A stretch of 64,000 nucleotides of DNA from Chrysomallon squamiferum (GCA_012295275.1 CM022666.1:1612001-1676000), one strand, 5' to 3'; shown: positions 39,532 through 56,833, counted from the stretch's first letter. The notes: a model not told the origin generated them from the sequence alone. Program-made: numbers and translations.

Positions 39532-41835
39532 GCTGCCTGTACTGTTACTACTATTACTGCTTCTGCTGCTTCACTTTTTGCTACCTACTGCTGCTACTAC
39601 TATTATAACTTCTATTATTACTACTGTTACATCACATACTAGTGTTACTTCTACTATCACTACTACAACTACCTTTTATTGTATAATATGAATACTGCTG
39701 TATGTGAGTAATATAAAACAAAAAAAAAAAAAAAAAAAAAAAAAAATAAAAAATAAAAAAATAATAATAATAACAAATACTTCACGTTGGTCACAACGTG
39801 CTTTGTGTTTATGTATCCCAAAACAGGAATTGAAGTCATTTTCAAACTGCGGAATCCGGATGAATAACCGTTTTGTGATAACGTTTTGTGATGACGTTTC
39901 TGGATTTCGTACTCCTCTGCCAGTGCATTTCCCCCAAAAATTGTCTCTGTTCAAAATCTAATCAGACGTAGCTAAGACAATGTTATACTGATCGATAAAT
40001 ACAAAAATACATCACTATAATTACATTTGTAACGATGCAGCTGATCTCGGTACGAAATAGAAACGTGTCAGAAATGTTATTAATTTAGCAAATAAACTTA
40101 CAGGCGCTGGTCACTTACCTATCGTACAGAGTTATTCTCGGTAACTGTTAATAATCAACAGCTGACAATACAGGTTAGCTTGGAATTCGGATTGACATTT
40201 TAGACAATTAATAAAAACATAAAAATTGTGACTGACATCATTTCAAATAAATGCACAGTGACTTTTATACATAATTTGGTGAAATCATGTTATTCGTGTT
40301 TTATGTAAATACCATTTTTCTTTTTCCCGTAGGTAAAGATTCTTTGTCAAAAATATATACAAGAAAATGGCAACGGTTTTATGGCAGTGACTGGAATCGA
40401 CCGAGAATCCAGTTCTTAACATTCTCTGAAATCTTCAAGAAAATTTCTGTACTTAGTGATGAACCAAATCCACATACAAAAATTTGGTCACAGCTGTTTA
40501 GTATTTTGAAATCCGGTTTTTCTCTCTACACCACCATTTCAACATTAATAAAATACTCTGAGTTTACAACACTTTACATTTAAACCAATGTAGACACATT
40601 TAACTAATTTTATGGTTCATAATGTTACTGATGCCTTTAACAAACAACACAGAAGATTTCAACCTTAATATAAATTGATATTCGTTTATTTATTTATTTA
40701 TTTATTCGTTCGTTCATTTATTTATTTCTATTTTGTTGTTGTTTACTTTGTTTTTCTTTTCGTTCGTTTGTTTGTTTTTCACTTATTTGTTTACTTTTTT
40801 CTTAGTTTGTTTGTTTTTTTCACTTATTTTTTTTTTTTTTTTATACTTTTTCTTAGCTTTGTTTGTTTGTTTGTTTGTTTTTCTCTTATTTTTTTATTTT
40901 TTAACTTCTCAGACTTCATCTTAGCTTTGTTTGTTTGTTTGTTTGTTTTTCTCTCTTTTTTTCTATTTTTTAACTTTCAGACTTTATCTTGGTTATGTTT
41001 GTTTGTTCGTCTTTTTTTTCCGTATCTACGTCTACGACGTCGTTGTTGAACGTCGTACTGCTGTGTCATTTGCTTGTCATCCACTACTCTATGTTCAGAG
41101 TGTGAGCAGACGCTAATAAAACAACTGAATATTCATTCCTAAATACACACGCACATACACACGCACATACACACGCACATACATACAAGCACACCATGTC
41201 AATTGTGGGTCACAGATCCACGCCTATTAGTTGTGGAATTTTAACCTGTTCCATTCAGCACAAAAAAATTATTTAAATAATTTTCAAATGAAGACGAAGA
41301 AGAAGAAATGACCACAGCTCAACTTTCACAGGAAAAAATTTCAAAACATTAATTAATTTTTTTATTATTATTTGATTTGTTTTTGTTTTTACAATTAAAT
41401 GTCAATGTTTATTTTTTTTTGATTTTTGTTTGTTTTTCTCTTTGGTATACAATTAAATGTCAATGTTTCGTTTTTATATATTTTATTTTATTTTATCTTT
41501 TTTTTTTTTTTGCTAAAAATAAAATCACGTTACAACACTTGCATGAAATTCTTCAGCAGTGAAAATTTAATATTTTCGATCCATTTTATCGATATATCCC
41601 TTTTTCAGCCAAACAATCGCCAACTCCCTCATACAGTTTCATTCACAAATACATTATCCTGTACCCCATGTAGACACGTTTAAAATGTCTGTTTTTACAC
41701 AACTTTACGTTTGTAATTTTCATCAGCTTACTACAAATATTTCAAAAAGAAACTCAGGTAAGAAAATACACACACACACACAAATATTAGAAAACTAGTT
41801 GAGGAGCACTAGTTGGAACGTGAAACAGACTCAAC

Positions 41836-44780
<2,945 letters not shown>

Positions 44781-45190
44781 TAATGTGATTATTAAAAATG
44801 TAATTGTAATGAATAATGTGTTAATTAGTCTCTTACGCACACAAAGAAAATGACGTTTCCTGAATTTCAGCATAACACTCCTGTAGGTATTCTTCTACCT
44901 CAGGGAAGGTTTCGTGTATTTCTTACGAAGTTAACTGTTAACAATAACCCGTCTGGCGGAAGCTGGTTTTCTCTCTTGTATCTTGTTAACAGAAAAATAC
45001 GCATCACTTTTATTTAATAATTATTAATATTGGAAAATATTTATGTGTTTTCATACGCTAGTTCATTACAAAGAAGGCAAAAACAAAACACGTCAGAATC
45101 GTACATTAGCTTCTCGAATTTAACAGTTCAGAATAATAAAATTTAACGAGATATTTTCCAGTTTCGGTATCCGGAGGAATAAGCAGCATT

Positions 45191-45250
45191 TGACGTTTGT
45201 GTTGACGTTTCTGTTGACGTTTGTGATAACGTTTGTGATGTCGTTTCTGG
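45191..45250 (+). repeat. 12-bp tandem repeat, approx. TGACGTTTGTG(A/T) x5
   Basis: Paralogous spacers at ~3091-3126 and ~50452-50487 have 3 units. Confidence 0.75.
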
Positions 45251-46064
45251 ATTTCGTACTACTGTGCCTGAGCTCTCCTCCAAATTGTCTATATTCAAAA
45301 TCTAAAGAGACTTGCCTTGTTTTAGACTTTGTTACTGAAGTCTCATCCAAAGAAATAATCCACTGAATTTGTAGATAGTTTACGTACGTGCATTTAATAT
45401 TTAAAATAATACCCTTTAAGTTATTTTTGTATTCTTCAGATGTCGCCAGATTGTGACAAGACTTTGTAATACTGTGACAAGTGCAGTCCAAAATATGCAT
45501 TCCAAAATACACAGACGTGTTAAACATCCATATAAATAAATCTGAAAATGTATCTGAATAAGGGAATTACTTTAAGTTTCTGAAACACTCTTTTCTTGCA
45601 CTGATGTGTGATACATTTTCTTTTCTCTGTTGTTATCATTACATTTTTAATACTTTATGAGACACATTGATTCTATTTTCAATTCAGTCTAAATAAACCC
45701 ACACTTTCCTACCGCAGGGAAGGTGTCCGTGTGTTTCATTCGACGCTAACTGTTAATCATAAGACATCTGAGCGAAGTTTGTTTTCTGTTTTGTATCAAG
45801 TTTATAGAAAAATACGCATCACTTTTATTTTATAATCATTAATATTAAAATATGTTTATGTGCTTTTACACGCTCGTTCACTGCGAAGTACACACAAGCA
45901 AAATATGCCCTAAACAAACATTAATATCTCCAGTTTAACAGTTCAGAATAATAAAATGTTTGTGTTAAGTAATTTATTAGGTATATAAAAAGTAGTAAAC
46001 TATAAATTGTAATTACTATGTTCCACATAGTCGTATTCTTAGTCTATCAAACAATCAAATACGT

Positions 46065-46546
46065 TTTCAGTTACTCTTTGTCAGTACAAGACACAAGATA
46101 GAAAGAGAGAATGATAAAATAAGAGCGAAAGACAAAAACAGTTTTCTTAAGTTGATAAATAATTCTAGTTAAATCGTAAGCATATTAGAAACAAAGAAGA
46201 AGTATATGAGATTAAAATTAATTTATTAATACTAATTGTTTTAAATGAATACGTTTACAACAGTATTTTATTTTCTTCTTCACGTTTTTTAATGTCAGTT
46301 TTCAACATTTCGTTTCCATGTTAATATATAAACGTTTCTGATTTCAGTATTGTTTAGTTTGGTCCATGCGCAAGATGAAATGTGGTTACAAAACTGGTGG
46401 AGATCTTCAATGTGGAAAACGTGACTCTGACTCGTTTGAAAGACTGAACCAGACACCTGTCTGGGTCACGTTGCAAGAAAACAACCAAAAAGATTTGGTC
46501 TTTTCTTCTTCTTCTTCTTCTTCTTCTTCTTCTTCTTCTTCTTCTT

Positions 46547-46609
<63 letters not shown>

Positions 46610-47312
46610 ATTACGGCTACTACTATTTCTTTTTCTTCTTCTTCTTCTCCTTCTTCTTAGTCTTCTTCTTATTGTTGTTGTTGTTGGTGGTGGTGATGTT
46701 ATTATTACGACTACTACTATTACGACTACAGGTGTTGCTGTTGCTGCTGCTACTACTCCTGTTTGTAGTGTGTAATATCAATACTGTAGTATGTGAGTAA
46801 TATCAAGAAAAATAATAATAATAATAATATTTTAAAAAAATACGTTTTTCACGTTTTTCAATGTCACTTTTCAACGTTTCGTTTCCATGTTAATATATAA
46901 ACGTTTCTGATTTCAGTATTGTTTATTTTGGTCCATGCACAAGATGAAATGTGGTTACAAAACTGGTGAAGAGCTTCAGTGTGGAAAACGTGAGTCTGAC
47001 TCGTTTGAAAGACTGAACCAGACACCTGTCTGGGTCACGTTGCAAGAAAACAACCAAAAAGATTTCATCTTCCCCTTCTTCTTCTTCTTCTTCTTCTTCT
47101 TCTTCTTCTTCTTCTTCTTCTTCTTCTTCTTCTTCTTCTTTTTTCTTCTTCTTCTTCTTTCTTCTTCTTATTGTTGTTGTTGTTGGTGGTGGTGATGTTA
47201 TTATTACGACTACTACTATTACGACTACAGGTGTTGCTGTTCCTGCTGCTACTACTCCTATTTGTAGTGTGTAATATCAATACTGTAGTATGTGAGTAAT
47301 ATCAAGAAACAA

Positions 47313-47346
<34 letters not shown>

Positions 47347-48433
47347 TTTTAAAAATGTCAAGTTGGTCAATGACACCGTGTTTTGTGTTTCTCTATCCCT
47401 GGAGATGAACTTTAGTCATTTTCCAACTGCAGAATTCAGACCAATAGCCGTATAATTACATGTGTAATAATTCACGTTTAAGATGTCTGTTTTTAGACAA
47501 CTTTACCTTTGTATTTTCATCTGCTTAATACAAATATTTCAAAAAGAAACTGAGATAAGAAAATACATACACAAATATGTAACATCGGAAAACTATTTGG
47601 GGAGTACTAGTTGGAATATGAAACAGACTCAGCGTCCTAAACGTATATTATTTTCTGGAGTTTAACATTTCAGAATAATAAAATTTTAAATGTCAGTGGC
47701 ATATAAAGATTTTTCAAACATATTTGTATTAAGTAATTTATTAAGTATATAAAAATTATTAAATTATAAATTGTGATTACTATGTTCCAATATAATCGTA
47801 TTCTTAGTCTATCAAACGATCAAACTGAAGTTTTCAGTTACTTTTTGTCAGTACAACACAAAGATAGAAGGAGAGAATGATAAAATGAGAGAGAAAGACA
47901 AACACAATTTTCTTAATTTGATAAATAATTCTAGTTAAATCGTAACCATATATAAAAACAAACAAGGATGTGAGATTAATATTAATTTATTAATACTAAT
48001 TGTTTAAACGAATACATTTACAACAGTATTTCATTTTCTTCTTCACGTTTTTCAATGTCAGTTTTGAACGTTTAGTTTCCATGTTAATATATATAAACAC
48101 TTATGATTTCAGTGTTGTTTATTTTGGTCCATGAGCAAGATGAAATGTGGTTACAAAACTGGTGAAGAGCTTCAGTGTGGAAACGTGAGTCTGACTCGCT
48201 TGAAAGACTGAACCAGACACCTGTCTGGGTCACGTTGCAAGAAAACAACCAAAAAGATTTGGTCTTCTTCTTTTTCTTCTTCTTCTTCTTCTTCTTCTTC
48301 TTATTGTTGTTGTTGTTGTTGTTATTACGGCTACTACTACTACGACTACAGGTGTTGCTGTTGCTGCTGCTACAACTCCTATTTGTAGTGTGTAATATCA
48401 ATACTGTAGTATGTGAATAATATCAAGAAACAA

Positions 48434-48480
<47 letters not shown>
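46065..48480 (-). pseudogene. Three more ORF-less units (junctions 46413-46416, 46982-46985, 48178-48181)
   Basis: Same tgga junction as at 365-368. The first two lie in a ~570-bp partial tandem duplication. Confidence 0.7.
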
Positions 48481-48487
<7 letters not shown>

Positions 48488-49426
48488 TTTTTTAAAAAGT
48501 CAAGTTGGTCAGTGACACCGTTCTTTGTTTGTGTATCCCTGGAGATGAACTTTAGTCATTTTCCAACTGCGGAATCCAGACCAATAGCCGATAATTATAT
48601 TTGTAATAATTCACGTTTAACATATCTGTTTTTAGACAACTTTACCTTTGTATTTTCGTCTGCCTAATACAAATATTTCAAAAAGAAACTGAGATAAGAA
48701 AATAAATACACAAATATGTAACATCGGAAAACTAGTTGGGGAGTACTAGTTGGAATATGAAACAGACTCAGCTTCCAAAACTCACTTTTAATTTCTAGAG
48801 TTTAACAGTTCAGAATAATACAATTGGAAATGTCAGTCGCATATAAAGATTAAAAAATATATATATATTTGAGTTAAATAATTTATTAAATATGTAAACA
48901 TTATTAAATAATAAATCGTAATTACTTTGTTCCAACATAATCGTATTTTTAGTGTATCAAATGATCAAACTGAAGTTTTCAGTTACTTTTTGTCAGTACA
49001 ACACAAAGATAGAAAGAGAGAATGATAAAATGAGAGAGAAAGACAAACACAATTTTCTTAATTTGATAAATAATTCTGGTTAAATCGTAAGCTTAAATAA
49101 AAACAAACAAGGATGTGAGATTAATATTAATTTATTAATACTAATTGTTTTAAAAGAATACATTTACAACAGTATTTCTTTTCTTCACTTTTTTCAATGT
49201 TAGATTACAACGTTCCGAGTTCGTGGTAATATATAAATGGTTTTGTTTTCAGTATTGTTTATTTTGGTCCATGAGCAAAATGGAATTCGGGTACCAAATC
49301 GGTGAAGAGCTTCAATGTGGATTATACTTAGTCCCATGTCTGAACTGTCCGGAATCAGTTGATGTTTGAATCGTGGATTTTGTCTGATGTAGTAGAACTA
49401 CATTTACATGACAGCATGCAATTTCT

Positions 49427-49545
49427 ATGTTCTGTAGTTAAACAGATAATGTTCTGTAGTTTGACAGATAATGTTCTGTAGTTGAACAGATAATGTTCTG
49501 TAGTTGAACAGATAATGTTCTGTAGTTAAACAGATAATGTTCTGC
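49427..49545 (-). repeat. 22-bp VNTR, 5 units, copy M
   Basis: Counted directly. Confidence 0.85.
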
Positions 49546-49586
49546 ATTATGTCTTTTGATCAGAGAGCCTGCTGAGAAGAAGAATT

Positions 49587-49775
49587 TCATTTTCTGTATG
49601 AGTCTTCCTCCTGAATCCCCGATACTGGGAACAGTTGCCTGTCAGCGATAGAGTGTTCCAAAAGATACAATCCTCTGCCGCTTTGAGGCATGTCCACGTC
49701 CATAGTGAAGACGTCGTCGTTGTCTTGTGTGTTGTACAGACAAAGAGTCACTGCTGATGGAAACACGATAGACAT
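49587..49775 (-). CDS. 62-aa family ORF, copy M (V43I, E47Q, I48L, H60Y)
   Basis: Intact 189 bp. Confidence 0.45.
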   Translation of the reverse strand: MSIVFPSAVTLCLYNTQDNDDVFTMDVDMPQSGRGLYLLEHSIADRQLFPVSGIQEEDSYRK

Positions 49776-52700
49776 TATTACAGTATGAGCTGATATATTC
49801 AAGTGCAAAGATTTCCGTGAACAGGCAAAGTGTTGTGAAAGCAAAATGTTTCTTACACCAAGTGGAAGAGCTCTGCAAGGAATGAAGTCTCTCAGTGTCT
49901 GTGGTCTGTATTTATAGACACTTCGCGAACATCTGGACGGTGTGACAGGAAAACGTGAGATTGATTCGTTTGAAAGACTGAACCAGAGAGCTAGGCGCAT
50001 CACGTTGTAAGAAAACAAAAAAAAAGTTCCTCTTCTTGTTTTCTTCTTCTTCTTAATATTATTCTTATTATTGTTATAGATATTACTACTGTTACTATTG
50101 CTACTACTACTACTGCTACGATTACTGTTGCAGCTTTTTCTACTTAATAGTAGTACCTCTGTTATGACATGTTATTAGTACTGTTACTTCACTTACTGGT
50201 GTTACTGCTACTATCACTACTGTTGTAACTACTACTACTACTACTACTACTACTACTGCAGTGCTGCTATTTGTATTGTATAATATCAGTACTGGAGTAA
50301 TATGAAAAATAAATAAATAAAACAAATAAATTAATTAATTAATTAATTAATTACGAAGTCACAATGATCACAACGTGCTTTGTGTTTATATATGTCAAGA
50401 GATCAATTGGAGTCATTTTGCAACTGCGGTTTCCGGAGGAATAAGGGGAGTTGACGTTTGTGATGACGTTTGTGATGTCATTTCTGGATTTCGTACTACT
50501 GTGCCAGTGCGTTGATCCAAACTGATTGTATTCAAAATCTCATCCAAAGAAAGAATCCACTAAATTTGTAGATATTTGACGTACGTGCATTTAATATTTA
50601 ACTTAATAACCTTTAAGTTATTTTTGTACACTGCAGACGTTGGCAGATGGTGACAGGACTTTGTAATACTGTGACATGTGCCTTCCCGAGTGTTTATCTA
50701 TGTGCAGAATATGCATTCCAAAATACACACACGTGTTAAACATCCATATAAATAAATCTGAAAATGTATATGCATAAGAGAATTTCTTTAAGTTTCTGGA
50801 ATATTCATTTCTTGCATTGACCTGTGTTACATTTGTTGTTATATTTATATTTTTAATAATTTATAAGACAACATTGATCCCATCTTCTTTTCAGCTATTC
50901 CCTCAAAATGAACGCACACACACATTCATAAACACACACAATATCGCTATACATATAGTATATATGTATATATATATGGTGAGGTAAATTAGCTCGTAAA
51001 TATTTATGTAGACACACATACACACACATAAATATTTACGAGTTAATATACCTCACCATAAAAATATACTTTTTTGATACGAAATACCAGAGTTCCTTTA
51101 CACCGGTGTGCAGATACATCTTTTAGTTATTTTCAAATTTATTTATTTATTTATTTTATTCTGAACAACGCTACAAAACTGTGTTATTGTGAAAAGTGTC
51201 GTCATCGTTGTAATGAAAACCGTTGTCGTCATCATTCTGGTGAAAACCTTTTTTTGTCCGCCTTCCAGTTTACGAAACAGAGAATTTATTTATGTACGTG
51301 TTTTTTCTTACCTCAGGGTACGTTACACACGAAACATAACCCAATGCTAACCGTCAAGAATAACCCATTTCGTGGAAGCTTGTTTTCTCTCTCGTATCAC
51401 ATTTTTAACAAGAAAACGTTCGAGTTTTGCTTTATAATCATTAACATTTAAATCACTGAAAGGCTTTTGAACGTACCTTAATAAAGAAGAAGACACCCAA
51501 AATAATAATAATTTCCTACACCATATTTTAGATTCAGCAGTATAAGAAACAACATAATGAAATTTTAAATATCGATAACATAATTATTACGATTTCTTGA
51601 AATAGTAGTGTTCAATAATTTATTAAGTTTATGAAAATTACTAAAGTTAAGGTTTATGAAATCAGTCATCTTAAATCACTCTTGATGAGATTCAGTGCAA
51701 TGTCTTGTCATCTTGGTGAAATGGAGGATTTGTGGTTGGAAAAAAACTGTATGTAGAAATAGGAGATCGAAAGTATTTGACTTTTATTGCTGTCTTAGTC
51801 AAAGAATTTAAATTGTAATGTGTATTTTCTAGCTAAATCAAGGACAATGGTGTTGTTGACATGTGATTATTAAAATTGTAATTGTAATGAATAATGTGTT
51901 AATTAGTGTGTAACGGACAAAGAAAATGAAGCTTCCTGAATTTCAACATAATACTTAAATCTAGGTATTTTCTGATCTTAGGGAAGGTTGTTGTGTATTG
52001 CAAACGACGCTGACTGTTAACAATAACCCATCTGAGGAAAGTTTTTGTTTTATCTCTTTCAGATTTACAGAAAAATACCCAACACTTTTATTTAATAATC
52101 ATTAATATTAAACAAAAACAATTTTTGTTTTTATACGCTCGTTCATTGTGAAGAACAAACAAGTAAAATATGACCTAACCATATATTAGTATCTGAAGTT
52201 TAACAGTTCAGAATAATAAAATTTTAAATGTCAGTCGCATATAACGATTTTTCAAAAATATTTGTGTTAAGTAATTTATTAGGTATATAAAAATTATTAA
52301 CTTATAAATTGTAATTACTATATTCCAACATAATCGTATTCTTAGTCTACCAAACGATCAAACACGTTTTCAGTTACTCTTTGCCAGTACAACACAAAGA
52401 TAGAAAGAAAGAATGATAAAATGAGAGCGAAAGGCGAGCACAATTTTCTTAAGTTGATAAATAATTCTAGTTAAAGCATAAACATATATAAAAACAAACA
52501 AGTATATGAGATTAATATTAATTTATTAATACTAATTGGATTAAAAGAATACATTTACAACAGTATTTCTTTTTTTTTACGTTTTTCAATGTCAGTTTTC
52601 AACGTTTCGTGTCCGTGTTAATATACAAATGGTTTTGATCTCAGTGTTGTTTAGTTTGGTCCATGAGCAAGATGGAATTCGGGTACCAAACTGGTGAAGA

Positions 52701-52839
52701 GCTTCAATGTGGATTTTGGTTTGTCCTATGTCTGAAGTGTCCGAAATTAGTTGATGTACTTTTCTTATTCAATCGTTGATTGCAGAATTTTGTCCGATTT
52801 AGTAAAACTAAATTTACGTGAAATCATGCATTTTCTACG

Positions 52840-52931
52840 TCTGTGGTTGAACAGATAATGTTCTGTAGTTGAACAGATAATGTTCTGTAGTTGGACAGAT
52901 AATGTTCTGTAGTTGAACAGATAAAGTTCTG
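52840..52931 (-). repeat. 22-bp VNTR, 4 units, copy N
   Basis: Counted directly. Confidence 0.85.
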
Positions 52932-52973
52932 CATCATCTCTTTTGATCAGAGAGCCTGCTGAGAAGAAGAATT

Positions 52974-53162
52974 TCATTTTCTGTGTGAGTCTTCCTCCTG
53001 AATCCCCGATACTGGGAACATTTCCCTGTCAGCGACAGAGTGTTCCAAAAGATACAATCCTCTGCCGCTTTGAGGCATGTCCACGTCCATAGTGAAGACG
53101 ACGTCGTTGTCTTGTGTGTTGTACAGACAAAGAGTCACTGCTGATGGAAAGACGATAGACAT
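52974..53162 (-). CDS. 62-aa family ORF, copy N (D21V, I48M)
   Basis: Intact 189 bp; first of five copies spaced 1819-1892 bp apart. Confidence 0.45.
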   Translation of the reverse strand: MSIVFPSAVTLCLYNTQDNDVVFTMDVDMPQSGRGLYLLEHSVADREMFPVSGIQEEDSHRK

Positions 53163-53661
53163 TATTATAGTATGAGCTGATATCTTCAAGTTGAAAGGTT
53201 TTCGTGAACAAGCAAAGCGTTGTGAAAGCAAAATGTTTGTTACAGCAAGTGGAAGAGCTCTGCAAGGAATGAAGTCTCTCAGTGTCTGTGGTCTGTATTT
53301 ATAGTCATTACACGAACATGTGGACAGCCTGACTGGAAAACGTGAGTTAGACTCGTTTGAAAGACTGAACCAGAGAGCTGGCCGGGTCACGTTGCAAGAA
53401 AAGAAGAAAAAAGATTGCATCTTCGTCTTATTCTTGTTCTTGTTCTACTTCTTCTTCTTCTTCTTTTTCTTTTCTTCTTCTTCTTCTTCTTCTTGTTGTT
53501 GTTGTTGTTGTTGTTGCTGCTGCTCTTATTATTATTATTACTGCTACTACTACTGCGACTGCTGGTGTTGCTGCTGCTTCTGCTATTGCTACTATTTGTA
53601 GTCTGTAATATCAATACTGTAGTATGTGAGCAATATGAAGAAACCAAAACATTTTTAAAAA

Positions 53662-53725
<64 letters not shown>

Positions 53726-54213
53726 TTCTTAAAAAGTCATGTTGGTCAGTCACACCGTGCTTTGTGTTTATGTATCCCTGGAGAAGAACTTTAGTCATTT
53801 TCCAACTGCGGAATCCAGACCATGGGACGAATAATTACATACGTAATAATTTACGTTTCATATGTGTGTTTTTAGAGAACTTTACCTTTGTATTTTCATC
53901 TGCTTAACACAAATATTTCAGAAAGAAACTGAGATAAGAAAATACATACACAAATATGTAACATCGGAAAACTATTTGGGGAGTACTAGTTGGAATATGA
54001 AACAGACTCAGCGTCCTAAACGTATATTATTTTCTGGAGTTTAACAGTTCAGAATAATAAAATTTTAAATGTCAGTCGCATATAACCATTTTTCAAACAT
54101 ATTTGTATTAAGTAATTTATTCAGTATATAAAAATTATTAACTTATAAATTGTAATTACTATGTTCCAACATAATCGTATTTTTAGTCTATCAAACGATC
54201 AAACTCAAGTTTT

Positions 54214-54971
54214 CAGTTACTCTTTGTCAGTACAACACACAAGATAGAAAGAGAGAATGATGAAATGAGAGACAAAGACAAACATAATTTTCTTAATTTG
54301 ATAAATAATTCTAGTTAAATCATAACTATATATAAAACAAACAAGTATATGAGATTAATATTAATTTATTAATACTAATTGGTTTAAAAGAATACATTTA
54401 CAACAGCATTTTGTTTTCTTCACGTTTATCAATGTCAGTTTTCAACGTTCCGTGTCCGTGTTAATATACAAATGGTTTTGATCTCAGTGTTGTTTTCTTT
54501 GGTCCATGAGCAAGATGGAATTCGGGTACCAAACTGGTTAAGGATTTTAGTTTGTCCTGTGTCTGAAGTGTCCGAAATTAGTTGATGTACTTTTCTTATT
54601 CAATCGTTGATTGCAGAATTTTGTCCGATGTGGTAAAACTAAATTTACATGAAATCATGCAATTTCTACGTCTGTGGTTGAACAGATAATGTTCTGTAGT
54701 TGGACAGATAATGTTCTGTAGTTGGACAGATAATGTTCTGTAGTTGGACAGATAAAGTTCTGCGTCATCTCTTTTGATCAGAGAGCCTGCTGAGAAGAAG
54801 AATTTCATTTTCTGTTTGAGTCTTCCTCCTGAATCCCCGATACTGGGAACATTTCCCTGTCAGCGAAAGAGTGTTGCAAAAGATTGAATCCTCTGCCGCT
54901 TTGAGGCATGTCCACGTCCATAATGAAGACGTCGTCGTTGTCTTGTGTGTTGTACAGACAAAGAGTCACTG
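54214..54971. repeat. Intra-unit 31-bp inverted repeat, copy O shown (arms 54214-54244 and 54941-54971)
   Basis: cagttactctttgtcagtacaacacacaaga versus tcttgtgtgttgtacagacaaagagtcactg: 29/31 complementary. Confidence 0.9.
54671..54762 (-). repeat. 22-bp VNTR, 4 units, copy O
   Basis: Counted directly. Confidence 0.85.
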
Positions 54972-54993
54972 CTGATGGAAAGACGATAGACAT
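54805..54993 (-). CDS. 62-aa family ORF, copy O (T24I, FNLLQHSF variant)
   Basis: Intact 189 bp. Confidence 0.45.
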   Translation of the reverse strand: MSIVFPSAVTLCLYNTQDNDDVFIMDVDMPQSGRGFNLLQHSFADREMFPVSGIQEEDSNRK

Positions 54994-56466
54994 TATTGCA
55001 GTATCAGCTGATATCTTAAAGTGGAAAGGTTTTCGTGAACAAGCAAAGTGTTGTGAAAGCAAAATGTTTGTTACAGCAAGTGGAAGAGCTCTGCAAGGAA
55101 TGAAGTCTCTCAGTGTCTGTGGTCTGTATTTATAGTCATTACACGAACATGTGGACAGCGTGACTGGAAAACGTGAGTTAGACTCGTTTGAAAGACTGAA
55201 CCAGAGAGCTGGCCGGGTCACGTTGCAAGAAAAGAAGAAAAAAGATTGCGTCTTCCCCTTCTTCTTGTTCTTGTTCTACTTCTTCTTCTTCTTCTTTTTC
55301 TTTTTCTTCTTCTTCTTCTTCTTATTGTTGTTGTTGTTGTTGTTGCTGCTGCTCTTATTATTATTATTACTGCTACTACTATTGCGACTGCTGGTGTTGC
55401 TGCTGCTTCTGCTATTGCTACTATTTGTAGTCTGTAATATCAATACTGTAGTATGTGAGCAATATCAAGAAACCAAAACATTTTTAAAAAATTAATAATA
55501 ATAATAATAATATTCTTAAAAAGTCATGTTGGTCAGTCACACCGTGCTTTGTGTTTATGTATCCCTGGAGAAGAACTTTAGTCATTTTCCAACTGCGGAA
55601 TCCAGACCATGGGACGAATAATTACATACGTAATAATTTACGTTTCATATGTGTGTTTTTAGACAACTTTACCTTTGTATTTTCATCTGCTTAACACAAA
55701 TATTTCAGAAAGAAACTGAGATAAGAAAATACATACACAAATATGTAACATCGGAAAACTATTTGGGGAGTACTAGTTGGAATATGAAACAGACTCAGCG
55801 TCCTAAACGTATATTATTTTCTGGAGTTTAACAGTTCAGAATAATAAAATTTTAAATGTCAGTCGCATATAACCATTTTTCAAACATATTTGTATTAAGT
55901 AATTTATTAAGTATATAAAAATTATTAACTTATAAATTATAATTACTATGTTCCAACATAATCGTATTTTTAGTCTATCAAACGATCAAACTCAAGTTTT
56001 CAGTTACTCTTTGTCAGTACAACACGGAAGATAGAAAGAGAGAATGATGAAATGAGAGAGAAAGACAAACATAATTTTCTTAATTTGATAAATAATTCTA
56101 GTTAAATCATAACCATATATAAAACAAACAAGTATATGAGATTAATATTAATTTATTAATACTAATTGGTTTAAAAGAATACATTTACAACAGCATTTTG
56201 TTTTCTTCACGTTTATCAATGTCAGTTTTCAACGTTCCGTGTCCGTGTTAATATACAAATGGTTTTGATCTCAGTGTTGTTTTCTTTGGTCCATGAGCAA
56301 GATGGAATTCGGGTACCAAACTGGTTAAGGATTTTAGTTTGTCCTGTGTCTGAAGTGTCTGAAGTGTCCGAAATTAGTTTATGTACTTTTTTTATTCAAT
56401 CGTTGATTGCAGAATTTTGTCCGATGTGGTAAAACTAAATTTACATGAAATCATGCAATTTCTACG

Positions 56467-56602
56467 TCTGTGGTTGAACAGATAATGTTCTGTAGTTGGA
56501 CAGATAATGTTCTGTAATTGGACAGATAATGTTCTGTAGTTGGTCAGATAATGTTCTGTAGTTGGACAGATAATGTTCTGTAGTTGGACAGATAATGTTC
56601 TG
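56467..56602 (-). repeat. 22-bp VNTR, 6 units, copy P
   Basis: Counted directly. Confidence 0.85.
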
Positions 56603-56644
56603 CATCATCTCTTTTGATCAGAGAGCCTGCTGAGAAGAAGAATT

Positions 56645-56833
56645 TCATTTTCTGTGTGAGTCTTCCTCCTGAATCCCCGATACTGGGAACATTTCCCTGT
56701 CAGCGACAGAGTGTTGCAAAAGATTCAATCTTCTGCCGCTTTGAGGCATGTCCACGTCCATAGTGAAGACGTCGCCGTTGTCTTGTGTGTTGTACAGACA
56801 AAGAGTCACTGCTGATGGAAAGACGATAGACAT
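56645..56833 (-). CDS. 62-aa family ORF, copy P (D20G, RLNLLQ variant)
   Basis: Intact 189 bp. Confidence 0.45.
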   Translation of the reverse strand: MSIVFPSAVTLCLYNTQDNGDVFTMDVDMPQSGRRLNLLQHSVADREMFPVSGIQEEDSHRK

